DNA from: a virus
Lineage: Duplodnaviria > Caudoviricetes
Length of the DNA: 32,480 nt
Strand: one strand, 5' to 3'
IMG/VR virus record: IMGVR_UViG_3300034088_000006
Coordinates: 1 to 32,480 of that record
The translations under genes were made by a program, and so were the position numbers. Each line of letters starts with the position of its first letter. Within the stretch, counting starts at the first letter, position 1. Shown in pieces: positions 8,563 through 18,054 of the stretch. The notes under the pieces are model-generated. The model saw only the letters and a list, made by a program, of their open reading frames with translations. It did not search any database and was not told the origin of the DNA.

Positions 8563-9525
8563 TTAATTAGACTTAACAATTACTCCGGCTAAATCTTTGT
8601 TACTAGTAACAATCTTATCCCAATTAGTAGCAGTTAACAAAGCTGCATCGTTGGGAGACTTTCCGCCATTGGCCTTATCCCAAGTGAAGCCCTTAATGGA
8701 AATATTGTTACTCCATTCCTGCTGATAAGTCGTAACAATATTTTCCATGCCGTTAGTAGTAGATTCATTAGCTAAGAAATCGTCATTCTGTTCAACTTTG
8801 ATAGCACCGGGAACCAAACCAAGTGTATAACAAATCTTGGGAGTTCCGGCAGTATACAAAGAAGGAATGTCAGACATGATAAGTAATCGGCCTAAAAAGT
8901 CTTCAACAATATTAATAGTTTCAAACTTAAAAAGTCGATTAGTATTGGTCAACGCGCCGATGAAATAATCATTAAGCGCCATGGAATGAGCAACCCAAGC
9001 CACGATACTAGACTGACGATCACCGAATTTATTAGAACCCATTTGAAGCATGACGGGGTTTAAGGTATCCGGCGTGTCGCCCGTGCCATCGTAAAGCACA
9101 GCAGCTTGACCCGACAGAGCAGCGTAGCAGGCCCCTACAGCCGTGTTAAGCATATCGGCCATGACATCACCGGCCAACTGCTGTCCATAGGCTGCACCCT
9201 GCGCCTGCGGATTTTGCTGAATCCATTTCATCTGGCCTTTATTGAGTTCAACAAATGAACCGGACGCAACTTTCACACTCGTATCGACAAGCTGAGTCAT
9301 TTTCTTAGCAGTGATTGCGCCACTTCCGTAAGCGTCACGCCGATGCACTAAACCGGAAGTTTTCGCCCAAAAAACACTATCAGAATAATCACCCTGATTC
9401 ATGCCGGGAACTAACTGAATAGTACCGCGAGAAGCCGCATTGAACTTTTCGACTTCCTGCGCTACCACTTCAGTCATTGCCAAATAGGCGTATTCAGAAT
9501 AAACCGCAAGGTCAGATAAAGCCAT
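8563..9525 (-). CDS. Major capsid protein
   Basis: 320 aa after the scaffold gene; Q.VEKFNAAS.G.I.L and KG..WD..NGGKSP.DA.L.T..NW motifs. Confidence 0.93.
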   Translation of the reverse strand: MALSDLAVYSEYAYLAMTEVVAQEVEKFNAASRGTIQLVPGMNQGDYSDSVFWAKTSGLVHRRDAYGSGAITAKKMTQLVDTSVKVASGSFVELNKGQMKWIQQNPQAQGAAYGQQLAGDVMADMLNTAVGACYAALSGQAAVLYDGTGDTPDTLNPVMLQMGSNKFGDRQSSIVAWVAHSMALNDYFIGALTNTNRLFKFETINIVEDFLGRLLIMSDIPSLYTAGTPKICYTLGLVPGAIKVEQNDDFLANESTTNGMENIVTTYQQEWSNNISIKGFTWDKANGGKSPNDAALLTATNWDKIVTSNKDLAGVIVKSN

Positions 9526-9528
9526 TTC

Positions 9529-10239
9529 TTACTCCGTAGTTTTTGAAGCCGCTAAATGCTCAGCCAATCTAATTGGCGACATTGTGGCAAGGTTAAGAGG
9601 TTTTCCCTCAGAATCAGCGTGAACCGTGCCACCGGCAGGCTTAGGCTTATCCGTGCCACCGGCTCCGGAAGCCCTACTAGCGATAAGAATAGACCCGTAT
9701 TCCTTATTGGCAAGAATTTCTTTTTCAAAATCTTCAAGAGAAAGCGCGGAAGGTTTGCCATCCTTGCCAAGAATACGCAAAGTAGGTTTGTCACCTTCCA
9801 ATTCAACTTCAAAGCGGGTTTCAATATCCTTCTTAAAAAATCGTTGAAAATCAGGTTTAACAAATTTAGAAGCTAAAGCTGTTAAAGTTGTTTCTTTAAC
9901 AGAACCAGAAAGCATACCTTTTAATTTTCCAACTTCACCTAAAAGTTCCTTTTCTCGATTTTCAAATTTTTCTTTCCAAGACTTTTCTAATGCTTCAATA
10001 TTACCATCTAGCTTATGTTTACCGTTAGTTAATTCATCAAGTTTTGTTTCAAGTTCCTTCATTTTAAGTTTAGTATTACGATGATCTTCCTTTTCATGGT
10101 CTCTGGCTTGACGCAACTCAACAATAGCGTCGTCATCATCTTCAATATTTAAAAGATAACTGCCATTCTTTTCTTTATAATTCTCTTTAAGTGCATCCGA
10201 AAGTTTTTCAAATTCTTCTTTTGAAATCTTACGTTTCAT
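9529..10239 (-). CDS. Capsid scaffolding protein
   Basis: Charged coiled-coil with C-terminal ASRASGAGG; lies between the head morphogenesis and capsid genes. Confidence 0.88.
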   Translation of the reverse strand: MKRKISKEEFEKLSDALKENYKEKNGSYLLNIEDDDDAIVELRQARDHEKEDHRNTKLKMKELETKLDELTNGKHKLDGNIEALEKSWKEKFENREKELLGEVGKLKGMLSGSVKETTLTALASKFVKPDFQRFFKKDIETRFEVELEGDKPTLRILGKDGKPSALSLEDFEKEILANKEYGSILIASRASGAGGTDKPKPAGGTVHADSEGKPLNLATMSPIRLAEHLAASKTTE

Positions 10240-10274
10240 GGATCACCGATCCCTTTTTAAATGCTAGGCACAGC

Positions 10275-11282
10275 CTAGACGGTTAAGATGCTTTCTAGTT
10301 TAGATCCAAATTGCTCAACATTCAATGGCGAAAGATTTTTTGAATATTCTTGAATTGATGAAGACTGAGTAAGTGCCCAATCTGAAACGCTTTCGTCTGG
10401 CGTTTGATTGCCCAAATAAGGCATTGTGTGGGATCTGCATCGCCTATGAGCAGGCGGAAGCGGTCCTTTACCATAATAATAAATTTTTAAGTTTCTAAAA
10501 ATACAAATATCACTAGTTCTAGAATCCATGACCGAAATCCACTGATAACGGTCGAAATTTGTAGAAAAAATACTTGCGCCAATTATTGATGTTATTTGCT
10601 GAATTAAAGTATTTTGAACTATAGTTTGTGCATTAATAATAGATAAAATAATACCATCTTTAAAACCGTTATCTTCTGTTCCTATGACATTATCTAAAAT
10701 ATCATAAACGCTTTCTTTATCTGCAAAGCCCGAATTTATTTTAGATTGAATTTTTTCTAATGTATTTAAACCCTCACTATTTAAATAGTCATCCGGCATT
10801 GTGCCAACACCAGGAACCAAAGTATTAAAAATTTGTTTTCTAAGTTTTTCTTCTTCGTTATCAAAAACAAAATAAAAAGGAACAATTTTGTTATCATCTT
10901 CTTTTCTAGCTTTATTGATAATCGTTAAATCATTTTCTTTTCTATCTTTTACAATTGTATTTTCTTTATTTAAATAATTAGCTAATACATCTTTTGTTAA
11001 ATAAAAATCAGCTTTTAAAAATGCGTCTAGTTCTTTTATAAGTTGTTTATTCCAAAAATCAAAGAAATCATTATTAATTTTTTTGATACTTCTTTGAAAT
11101 TCGTTTAATTCTCGTTTGGTCATTTCATCTAAAATTTTATACGGAACTTGCTTAAATTCATTTTTTAAATCTTTTACAAGTTTTGGCAATTCTTTAATAA
11201 AATTTTTCTTTTGATAATTCTTAAAACCTTCAACATAAAGTTGATGACGTATTAGAATATCATATAAATTTCTATTTATCAT
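10275..11282 (-). CDS. SPP1 gp7 / Mu gpF-like head morphogenesis protein
   Basis: YQWISVMDSRTSDIC...GPLPPAHRRCRS motif. Confidence 0.92.
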   Translation of the reverse strand: MINRNLYDILIRHQLYVEGFKNYQKKNFIKELPKLVKDLKNEFKQVPYKILDEMTKRELNEFQRSIKKINNDFFDFWNKQLIKELDAFLKADFYLTKDVLANYLNKENTIVKDRKENDLTIINKARKEDDNKIVPFYFVFDNEEEKLRKQIFNTLVPGVGTMPDDYLNSEGLNTLEKIQSKINSGFADKESVYDILDNVIGTEDNGFKDGIILSIINAQTIVQNTLIQQITSIIGASIFSTNFDRYQWISVMDSRTSDICIFRNLKIYYYGKGPLPPAHRRCRSHTMPYLGNQTPDESVSDWALTQSSSIQEYSKNLSPLNVEQFGSKLESILTV

Positions 11283-12787
11283 TTGCCCACACTAGGAACC
11301 GGCGGCTTTTGCTGATTTGCAGGATCCTTCATTGCCGTTTTAAAATCGGCTAAAGTCTGTTGCTCAATTTCTTTTAAAGCTGTTTCGTCATCCGTTAAAT
11401 CGACTTTGCCAGCACGTAAATTAGAACGATATTCAGTAAAGCTAATTCCGCCCTTCATCCATTCATTAAGTAACTGCAACCTATCCGCAGGCGTCATTTT
11501 AGTAATTTCAAAGTCGTCATTTAATTCAAAAATTATTTTCTCATCAACATTAGTAACAAATTGCAAGCAATTTTTGCAAGCGCGCTCAAATGCTTTTGAA
11601 GCGTTCTGGGCAATGGTTCCTAAAACTGAAGTTTCCACCACATTATCTATTTCAGATTGTGTTGCTGTTTGCGCTTTGGTAGGACTAACTAATTTAGCGC
11701 CAAGGGCCAAAAGCTGCGCTTCCTTGTGCTTCATTGCCTCGATGGGCATTGTGTTAGGATCTGCCTGCAACATGCCTGCGGTGCCGTTCTCAGGCAAAGG
11801 AATGGCCGCTCTAGAGCCAAGCTGGATAACTGGATTGTCTTTAACCCATTCTTGGCTTAAACCAGAAAACCATGGAGTAGGCTGCCCAACAATATAGCAA
11901 GATTCTTCATAATCAGCCGAATTGCGGTAATGACCTAAATTTAAAACAGCAACGTCATACAAAACCGGAACGTCGGGATCTGCGTCATTATTATCACAGC
12001 CGCAAAATTCAAAAGGAATACGCTTTAAGGTGTTACCGCTAACGTCTGTTGGAATGAAAATATTTTCAGATTTTAACTGAAAATTGAAATTAGCTAAAGC
12101 AATATTTAAACGATATTCGTTTTCTTCGTCGCACAAATCTTGATTTGCTTCATATAAATTTACTTCGTAATTTCCACTTTCATTTAATTTAAGAACTCTA
12201 TAACGATAGCCTTGCTTAATTTCAAAACCGTCATCATAAATAACAACTTTTTCACGCAAAACAACTAAAGAGTAAACTAATTCAGCACCTTCAACTTTGG
12301 TTCTCCAGTTGATAATATCATTTGATTTATATAATTTAATAACTGGCCTGATTTTCCCATTTTCCAAGTCAGCTTTAGTTAACTCACCTTCTGTTTTTGG
12401 ATATTCCGAAAGCAAACCGAAACGAGCATTTTTTAAAAGATTTCCGACACCTTCTTTAGCTAATTCTTCTAATCCCTTGCCACTGCCATCGGCGTTATCT
12501 TCTAAAATTTCCAAAACTTTAGGCAACTCAATTTGAGTCTTTTTAGAAAAAATTTGTCCAATTAAACCAGCATAAGTATTTTTAGTTACATTGTAAAAAA
12601 TAGCACGTTGCAAATATTGTTCATATCTTTTAATATTTTCAGGTGTTACGTCTGTTGGGTTTGGTTTAGGTAAATATTTTTCTTTTCTATATTTAACTTT
12701 AAAATCGCCATCGCAGCAATCACTAACAGTTTGATAAATAGGTAAAAGCCTTTTAACTTCGTGCCGCATAAAACTAACATTAGGCAT
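11279..12787 (-). CDS. Portal protein (DUF4055 type)
   Basis: Y..YLQRA.FYNVT and N..HYRNSADYEES...GQPT motifs; follows the terminase. Confidence 0.93.
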   Translation of the reverse strand: MPNVSFMRHEVKRLLPIYQTVSDCCDGDFKVKYRKEKYLPKPNPTDVTPENIKRYEQYLQRAIFYNVTKNTYAGLIGQIFSKKTQIELPKVLEILEDNADGSGKGLEELAKEGVGNLLKNARFGLLSEYPKTEGELTKADLENGKIRPVIKLYKSNDIINWRTKVEGAELVYSLVVLREKVVIYDDGFEIKQGYRYRVLKLNESGNYEVNLYEANQDLCDEENEYRLNIALANFNFQLKSENIFIPTDVSGNTLKRIPFEFCGCDNNDADPDVPVLYDVAVLNLGHYRNSADYEESCYIVGQPTPWFSGLSQEWVKDNPVIQLGSRAAIPLPENGTAGMLQADPNTMPIEAMKHKEAQLLALGAKLVSPTKAQTATQSEIDNVVETSVLGTIAQNASKAFERACKNCLQFVTNVDEKIIFELNDDFEITKMTPADRLQLLNEWMKGGISFTEYRSNLRAGKVDLTDDETALKEIEQQTLADFKTAMKDPANQQKPPVPSVGK

Positions 12788-12797
12788 TTTAACCCCG

Positions 12798-14312
12798 CTA
12801 CGTTGCGTGTTTTAAATTAATTGAAGTAGCTAACCTATTATTTCCTTTTAAGCAACGATACCTAACCATGTCATAAGGATGATCTTCAGCGTCCGTATCA
12901 ACATCATCCGGCTTATCTGTGTCTCTCGGAAGTGTGGGCAAAGTCGCTAAAGACGCTTTGCAATTATCCATAAAATATAGTCCTGGCCCTTCATTGTCAA
13001 TCGAAGCTTTCAACCTATCACGAATAACTTGTAAACCAATAACTCGACTTCCTGAAGATTTATCACTTTCAGTCCATTTAATACCTTGCTTTGCCATTTT
13101 AACGGCTATTGATTCAACGTCAATTTCAGTTGTATTGCCAATTTGGTTATCTGCTGGCCCTGGCAATGGCTGTGAAGAAATCCAACCATTTTTCAACATT
13201 TCAATTTCAATATCAATAATGCCTTTAGCAATGTCAGTAGCAGACATTTTTAAACCTTTGTTAGTGCCAATTTTTTTAGTTCCATACCACTCATTAATTT
13301 GAATTAATGACCCAGGCTTAGGCGCAAATTTGCTACCATCAAATAAAATTACTTCTTCGCCATTAGCCTCGGCCCACCATCCAACGCTGAAAGGATGCGA
13401 TGAGCCCCAGTCAAACGATCTATCAATTCGCCAATTTTTAGGAATAGCAAAACGAGGCTTAATAATTACGTCTCGTCTCCAAACACCATCTAATGCTCCG
13501 CCTGACACAATATCCCAATTACCTTTAAGCCAAGCTTCCCTTAATACTTCATCGTTTTCTGTAAGCTTATGCAAACTAGCGATATAATCAGGATCTAAAT
13601 AAATATTTTCTTTATATGTTCCGAAAATAGTAACTTGACTTTTTGTAACAATTTCTTCTTTTTGAGTTTGCGGATTAAAAACTTCAACTTCTGTTTTAAC
13701 TACTTTACCGTAAGGTGCAACATCAATAAAACGCTCTTTAACCCAATTATGTCCAGCGCCGTGAGGATTTGAAGTTGAAAAAATTTGCAAAGGCAATTTA
13801 GGCATTAATTCAATAATGTTATCTTGCTCATCTTTAGGCGAATCTTTTTCAGGCGTAAAACTTGAACGATTGCAGGATCTAAGCATATCGTATAATTCAG
13901 AGGTAGGAAACTTAGTTAATTCATTCCAACCAATAAATGGAAATTCTTGACCATGATAATCCCAATAATCGTCTGATTTTTTTAATACTCGAAATAATAA
14001 TTCTTCACCAGTAGGCCATACCCATTTATAGTCAGCCTTTGAACTTAAAAATCTAGCACCATCGCCAAATGCTCTAAACCATCTTTTTGATTTTGCTACT
14101 AAATCATCTAAATTTTTATATTCTCTATCGAAAATAACACCGCGCCAAAAAGCACCGTAACCGATGCCCACAAATCGGCGGTATCGCATTAATTGGGTAT
14201 CTGTCTTACCAGGGCCACGATTGCCTGTAAACATGGTTTCATCGCATCGTGTATCTAATGCGAGTTCCTGACTCGTGCCTTTAATGGGCGACCAAACAAC
14301 TTTATTAACCAT
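12798..14312 (-). CDS. terL: Terminase large subunit
   Basis: Walker A-like GNRGPGKTD, Walker B-like IGWNELT, STSNPHG coupling motif, nuclease motifs FDWGSS and EDHPYDMVRY. Confidence 0.96.
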   Translation of the reverse strand: MVNKVVWSPIKGTSQELALDTRCDETMFTGNRGPGKTDTQLMRYRRFVGIGYGAFWRGVIFDREYKNLDDLVAKSKRWFRAFGDGARFLSSKADYKWVWPTGEELLFRVLKKSDDYWDYHGQEFPFIGWNELTKFPTSELYDMLRSCNRSSFTPEKDSPKDEQDNIIELMPKLPLQIFSTSNPHGAGHNWVKERFIDVAPYGKVVKTEVEVFNPQTQKEEIVTKSQVTIFGTYKENIYLDPDYIASLHKLTENDEVLREAWLKGNWDIVSGGALDGVWRRDVIIKPRFAIPKNWRIDRSFDWGSSHPFSVGWWAEANGEEVILFDGSKFAPKPGSLIQINEWYGTKKIGTNKGLKMSATDIAKGIIDIEIEMLKNGWISSQPLPGPADNQIGNTTEIDVESIAVKMAKQGIKWTESDKSSGSRVIGLQVIRDRLKASIDNEGPGLYFMDNCKASLATLPTLPRDTDKPDDVDTDAEDHPYDMVRYRCLKGNNRLATSINLKHAT

Positions 14313-14751
14313 TTACAAGCCTAGCCTGCTGATCTAACAACTGCTTTTCCCATTCCGAATTGTCGCCATGATCTTTAACAAGCATAACCCTATTAACTGG
14401 ATTTTCTTGTTTGATATTCTTATTAATTGTTTTATCCGGCATATGACCGGCAATTTCAGCGAATAAACGAAGAGCATTAACTCTGTCAGTTCCTTTAAGC
14501 CAATTACAGTTAGCTAATTCCCATGCTAAAGCAGCCGCTTTTAATTTATCGGGCATCATATCCGATTCATCGCCAGCGTTTTTTAATGCTTCAATTTCTT
14601 CTAATACTTCTGCATCATGCAACCATTCAACAGCATATTTACACGCACTTCCAGTATCTTCGCCAAATACGTTTAATGCGGCCTGGAATGGGTTTGTGGG
14701 CTGCATATACAAAGCAGCCGCAAACTGTTTTTTAAGCGCCGAAACGTCCAT
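14305..14751 (-). CDS. terS: Terminase small subunit
   Basis: 148 aa helical protein overlapping the terL start; N-terminal KQFAAAL..P.NPF.AA and DRVNALRL.AE..G. Confidence 0.8.
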   Translation of the reverse strand: MDVSALKKQFAAALYMQPTNPFQAALNVFGEDTGSACKYAVEWLHDAEVLEEIEALKNAGDESDMMPDKLKAAALAWELANCNWLKGTDRVNALRLFAEIAGHMPDKTINKNIKQENPVNRVMLVKDHGDNSEWEKQLLDQQARLVNG

Positions 14752-14757
14752 AAACGA

Positions 14758-14786
14758 AGGATAGGCTATTAAACAAACAAAAGCAA
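14758..14786 (-). promoter_or_regulatory. Sigma70-like promoter for terS
   Basis: TTGCTT-N17-TATCCT, 6 nt before the terS ATG. Confidence 0.5.
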
Positions 14787-14797
14787 CCTATCAAACC

Positions 14798-15322
14798 TCA
14801 TTTCTTGGCAGCTTCGATTTCCGTTTTACGAGCAGAACCTGCACTAGAACCAAAGTAATAAGTAGTTACGCCAATCCAGGCAGTAGCTAACGAGCCTAGC
14901 ATAATATTTAAAACGTCTTTATTCGCAGCCGGAATATCAAATTTCATCATGTAAAAAACTAGAGCAAAAAATCCAATCGTAATGCCAATTCCCAAAATCA
15001 TTGGCATTTTGTCACGAATAATTTTTTCTCTGTCTCTTGCACTCGCTCTATCATCGGCTGCAATTTTTTCCAGATCAGTTACGCTTTTAAATCCAAGTTC
15101 ACTCATTTGTAATTTAAATTCTTGATCTGCTTTTTGAATTAGCAAAAGCTGTTCCGGCGAAGCGCCTTGAATGGCAGCGGAAAGAGTAGCGTCTTCGGCG
15201 TCAGGCGTTCCTAGCGCCTTACCAAGCGCAGCCCCGGCAATGCCGCCTAGCGGCCCAGCAAGAGCGGTTCCAAGCATAGGCGCAATGTTCTTAACCAAGC
15301 CTTTCCAATCAAACGCCGACAT
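14798..15322 (-). CDS. Holin-like membrane protein
   Basis: N-terminal Gly-rich hydrophobic segment, DR.SAR.RE motif, two C-terminal TM helices and YYFGSS; adjacent to the endolysin. Confidence 0.75.
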   Translation of the reverse strand: MSAFDWKGLVKNIAPMLGTALAGPLGGIAGAALGKALGTPDAEDATLSAAIQGASPEQLLLIQKADQEFKLQMSELGFKSVTDLEKIAADDRASARDREKIIRDKMPMILGIGITIGFFALVFYMMKFDIPAANKDVLNIMLGSLATAWIGVTTYYFGSSAGSARKTEIEAAKK

Positions 15323-15785
15323 TTAATTTTCCTCCAAATTCTTCATATTTGCTTAAAAGAGTTTGTAATTTGTGCTCATGCTGTCCATAACCTGCGCCTG
15401 GAAAACTGGCCCAAATATTAGCACACTTCTTAATTGCTTCTTCAATTCGGCCTTCTATCACTAATTTTAAAGCGTTCTGTTCTTTAATGAACTGAATTGC
15501 CATAGTGTCTTGACTAATAGGCCCAAAATCAGGAAGCATTAACAATTCTGCATAATGCTTATAATATCGCGCCATGATCTGATACCGACCAGCAGCCGAA
15601 GATTTAATACCTAAGTTTGGCAGATTAATTAACTTATTAGGATGCTGTTTATACGAAGTAAATAACGTGCCACCTACCAAAACGTTATAGCCATCGTCAT
15701 TTCCGAATTTCGTTGTGCCTTCTGAAAATGCAATTAAATCAAGAAATGCTTCTAAATTTGGAACTAAATTTTTAGAGCGCGTCAT
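15309..15785 (-). CDS. Endolysin, lambda R-like lytic transglycosylase
   Basis: AFLDLIAFSEGT, SSAAGRYQ, F.P.SQD and IWASFPGAGYGQHEH motifs. Confidence 0.95.
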   Translation of the reverse strand: MTRSKNLVPNLEAFLDLIAFSEGTTKFGNDDGYNVLVGGTLFTSYKQHPNKLINLPNLGIKSSAAGRYQIMARYYKHYAELLMLPDFGPISQDTMAIQFIKEQNALKLVIEGRIEEAIKKCANIWASFPGAGYGQHEHKLQTLLSKYEEFGGKLNVGV

Positions 15786-15787
15786 TA

Positions 15788-16129
15788 TTAACGCTTCCTT
15801 TCATATAATTGCTTAACCATTTCTTTGGTTTCTTTGATATCGGCCCGCATTTCTGCTCTATCCCTGATTGCCAATTGATCCATGATGGCTTGATGTTCCA
15901 TAATTCCCTTATCAACTGTAGCTAAAATTTCTTTATCTTTTTTATTTTCTGTCATTTCTTTTTGATTATTTAAAGCGTAACCGCCAAAGACACCGACCAA
16001 AGCGAAAAACGAAATAATAGTTGGCCAATTTAACGCCCAATCTGAAGTAAATTTTTTACGCTCGTCTGGCACAACACAAGGCAAACCTACCTCAACAGCG
16101 CAGTTACCTGATGGTGTCTTAGCAGCCAT
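15788..16129 (-). CDS. Single-TM membrane protein of the lysis cassette
   Basis: Start ATG 16129 after AAGGA; one TM segment (WPTIISFFALVGVFGGYAL) followed by a coiled-coil. Confidence 0.6.
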   Translation of the reverse strand: MAAKTPSGNCAVEVGLPCVVPDERKKFTSDWALNWPTIISFFALVGVFGGYALNNQKEMTENKKDKEILATVDKGIMEHQAIMDQLAIRDRAEMRADIKETKEMVKQLYERKR

Positions 16130-16181
16130 TTTCGCTTTCCTTATATGCAAGGCCGTGGGTTAGGACTCCAAGCGCCTTGTC

Positions 16182-16209
16182 AGTCTAAGGCCATCCCAGG
16201 CGCTTGCAA
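16182..16209 (-). promoter_or_regulatory. Candidate late promoter with an overlapping inverted repeat
   Basis: TTGCAA-N16-TAGACT; inverted repeat CAAGCGCCT (16169-16177) / AGGCGCTTG (16198-16206). Confidence 0.5.
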
Positions 16210-16221
16210 AGGGGCAAAACA

Positions 16222-16247
16222 AAGGGCCAGCGGTTAAGCTGGCCCTT
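16222..16247 (-). terminator. Intrinsic terminator separating early genes from the lysis/structural operon
   Basis: 10-bp stem AAGGGCCAGC / GCTGGCCCTT followed by TGTTTT on the minus strand. Confidence 0.8.
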
Positions 16248-16293
16248 ACTTACTGCGGAATCAGCCGCAACTGGTATTACAATTCAATAATTA

Positions 16294-16854
16294 TTACTTC
16301 TCACGGCAGACAAGGGCACCCTCGACGCCTTCATGCGTGTAAGGACGAACCACGAAACGCCGCGTGTAAGCCAGCTTGGGCACCTGTTCGCCCTTGCGGT
16401 TGGTCTTCGTCTCGCTGGTTTCCGTGGCGTAACGCCGATTGGCGGAAGTCACGACAGAACCAAGAGACTTGGCCGGATCGGGCTGATCGACAGAGCAGGG
16501 AACGAAAAAGGACTTGCCAACTTCCAGACCATCAAAGGGATACTTGGAAGGCCGGCCGGCACCGCCCTTGCGCCTGGTGGTCGGAATGGGAACGTCAAGA
16601 ATTGCGAAACTCTGGGTCATTGCTTTTTCCTTTGCAGTTGCGGCAGAAGTGCCGGAAGTTCCGTTAATGGATTTCATGTATTCAATACCTTTTTCAGTCA
16701 AGCGGCAGGCATGTTCACCCAACTCAGTAACCATTACTTCGTTGACTTCAATAAGCCCGTCTGAAAGCAGCTTCTTATAATCCTTCGGCTTAAAATAAGC
16801 AAAGCCTTGGCGATCATTCTGGATACCTTCAAGAATTTCAAGTTTCGTTGCCAT
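16294..16854 (-). CDS. Probable DNA-binding protein
   Basis: AGGAG SD. N-terminal L..DGLIEV...LTEKG.EY (winged-helix-like), a basic RRKGGAGRP linker, and SKYPFDGLEVGKSFFVP, a recurrent phage domain. Confidence 0.65.
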   Translation of the reverse strand: MATKLEILEGIQNDRQGFAYFKPKDYKKLLSDGLIEVNEVMVTELGEHACRLTEKGIEYMKSINGTSGTSAATAKEKAMTQSFAILDVPIPTTRRKGGAGRPSKYPFDGLEVGKSFFVPCSVDQPDPAKSLGSVVTSANRRYATETSETKTNRKGEQVPKLAYTRRFVVRPYTHEGVEGALVCREK

Positions 16855-16896
16855 GTTTTGCTCCTGGAGTTATGGGCAACCTTGCCCGATGAACCA

Positions 16897-16924
16897 AGTT
16901 TAAATCATCCTGAAACCTTGTCAA
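16897..16924 (-). promoter_or_regulatory. Sigma70 promoter
   Basis: TTGACA-N16-TAAACT with an A/T-rich upstream tract; leader hairpin GGGCAA-GG-TTGCCC. Confidence 0.75.
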
Positions 16925-17114
16925 CATCTTTTTCAATAATTTTTTCAAGTTTGATTCTGTGAAGCAGTTTCTCTGAAATTCCTAGCATACGCAAAGATTT
17001 TTTCAAGTCCTTATTTTCAGTCGTCCAGCTTTTGCAATAGTCATGCCAAATACACCCAAGGCTTTTCAAATAAACCCGCAAAGGAAAAGTTGAACCTCGG
17101 ATGACAAATTGCAC
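16905..17114 (-). CDS. Hypothetical protein
   Basis: Track ORF in operon orientation; GSTFP.R..LKSLG..W....K.W pattern seen in small phage proteins. Confidence 0.6.
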   Translation of the reverse strand: MQFVIRGSTFPLRVYLKSLGCIWHDYCKSWTTENKDLKKSLRMLGISEKLLHRIKLEKIIEKDVDKVSG

Positions 17115-17130
17115 AGCATCACCTGTTCAA

Positions 17131-17349
17131 TTAGATTTTAATTTTACTATAATAAATTCCAGTTTGAACTTCTTTTTTATCCTTTTCAAAATCTTCCTTT
17201 GTTTCATAGCCTCGCCAAATAATATCATCAAACATAATATTGCAATCAGGCAAAAATTTAAATTCGTTTATTCTTATTTCTTTAACTTGTGCAATATTAA
17301 TAAAAATATTTTTATTTCGTTCTGTGCATGACCAAACAAAAAACATCAA
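17131..17349 (-). CDS. Hypothetical protein
   Basis: Overlaps the stop of the upstream gene, same orientation. Confidence 0.55.
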   Translation of the reverse strand: MMFFVWSCTERNKNIFINIAQVKEIRINEFKFLPDCNIMFDDIIWRGYETKEDFEKDKKEVQTGIYYSKIKI

Positions 17350-17669
17350 AATTCCCTTTCAAAAAATATTTCCAAATTAAGACGATGCGCAATATGAAGT
17401 TCCAAATGGGCACCTTTAGAACGTTCCCAACCATTCAACATAAAAATGGCTTCGCAATCGCACAAAGCTTTAATGTCTTCTGCCATGCACTTTTCCCAAG
17501 ATTCTGGGTATTGCATAGCAATTTCATTAGGCGCTGTCACAACTGCACCCATACGCCTAAGCCTTTGTGCTGCGCTTTCAAACGCTGGAAAATTCAACAA
17601 AGGTAAATTACTCATTGGCCCGCTAATATAAATCTTCTTATTTTCTAGCGAGTAACAAATGTTTGGCAT
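17346..17669 (-). CDS. DUF4406 / nucleoside 2-deoxyribosyltransferase-like protein
   Basis: KIYISGPMS...NFPAF...CEAIFMLNGWERSKGAHLE signature. Confidence 0.9.
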   Translation of the reverse strand: MPNICYSLENKKIYISGPMSNLPLLNFPAFESAAQRLRRMGAVVTAPNEIAMQYPESWEKCMAEDIKALCDCEAIFMLNGWERSKGAHLELHIAHRLNLEIFFEREF

Positions 17670-17676
17670 TATTCAC

Positions 17677-18054
17677 CTATGAAAGATATTGAATTAAAAC
17701 GTTTCTTGCCGCTTCCCAACCATTGCAAACACAAAAGCCATACCCATTTTTAAACATTTCATCACCAAATTCAAGCTGTTCTTTACTGGCCTTTCCTTTG
17801 GTTTTGGTTTTCAATTCAATAAACAACCCATGAACACAATGCCTAGGCACAGGAAGCATTATATCAGAAACGCCAGCTTTGACGCCTTCAGCTTTCGCCA
17901 TAGCGCCTCGAATTGCCCCGCCTTTTTCCGCATTCTTAATTGCAAACATCCATTTCAAATCAGGATACATGCCCACATTCAAAGCCGCCCATGCGAATAG
18001 GGCTATTTGCTCCGCTCGTTCTGTCGCTGGTTTTGCTATTTGCTCTGGAGTCAT
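17677..18054 (-). CDS. VRR-NUC domain nuclease
   Basis: E..EQ, K.EGVKAGVSD, GLFIELK and S.EQ.EF motifs. Start ATG 18054 via a TAATG overlap. Confidence 0.92.
   Translation of the reverse strand: MTPEQIAKPATERAEQIALFAWAALNVGMYPDLKWMFAIKNAEKGGAIRGAMAKAEGVKAGVSDIMLPVPRHCVHGLFIELKTKTKGKASKEQLEFGDEMFKNGYGFCVCNGWEAARNVLIQYLS

Noticed and set aside
8582-8592. ACTCCGGCTAA near the end of the capsid gene, matching the promoter-spacer motif
   Set aside because: It lies in coding sequence (DLAGV) with no flanking -35/-10 that I could find; probably coincidental.
2020-14735. Plus-strand and alternate-frame ORFs inside structural genes (e.g. 3193-3552, 9552-9876, 11406-11897, 12919-13302)
   Set aside because: They fully overlap well-supported genes and show no SD or recognisable motifs.
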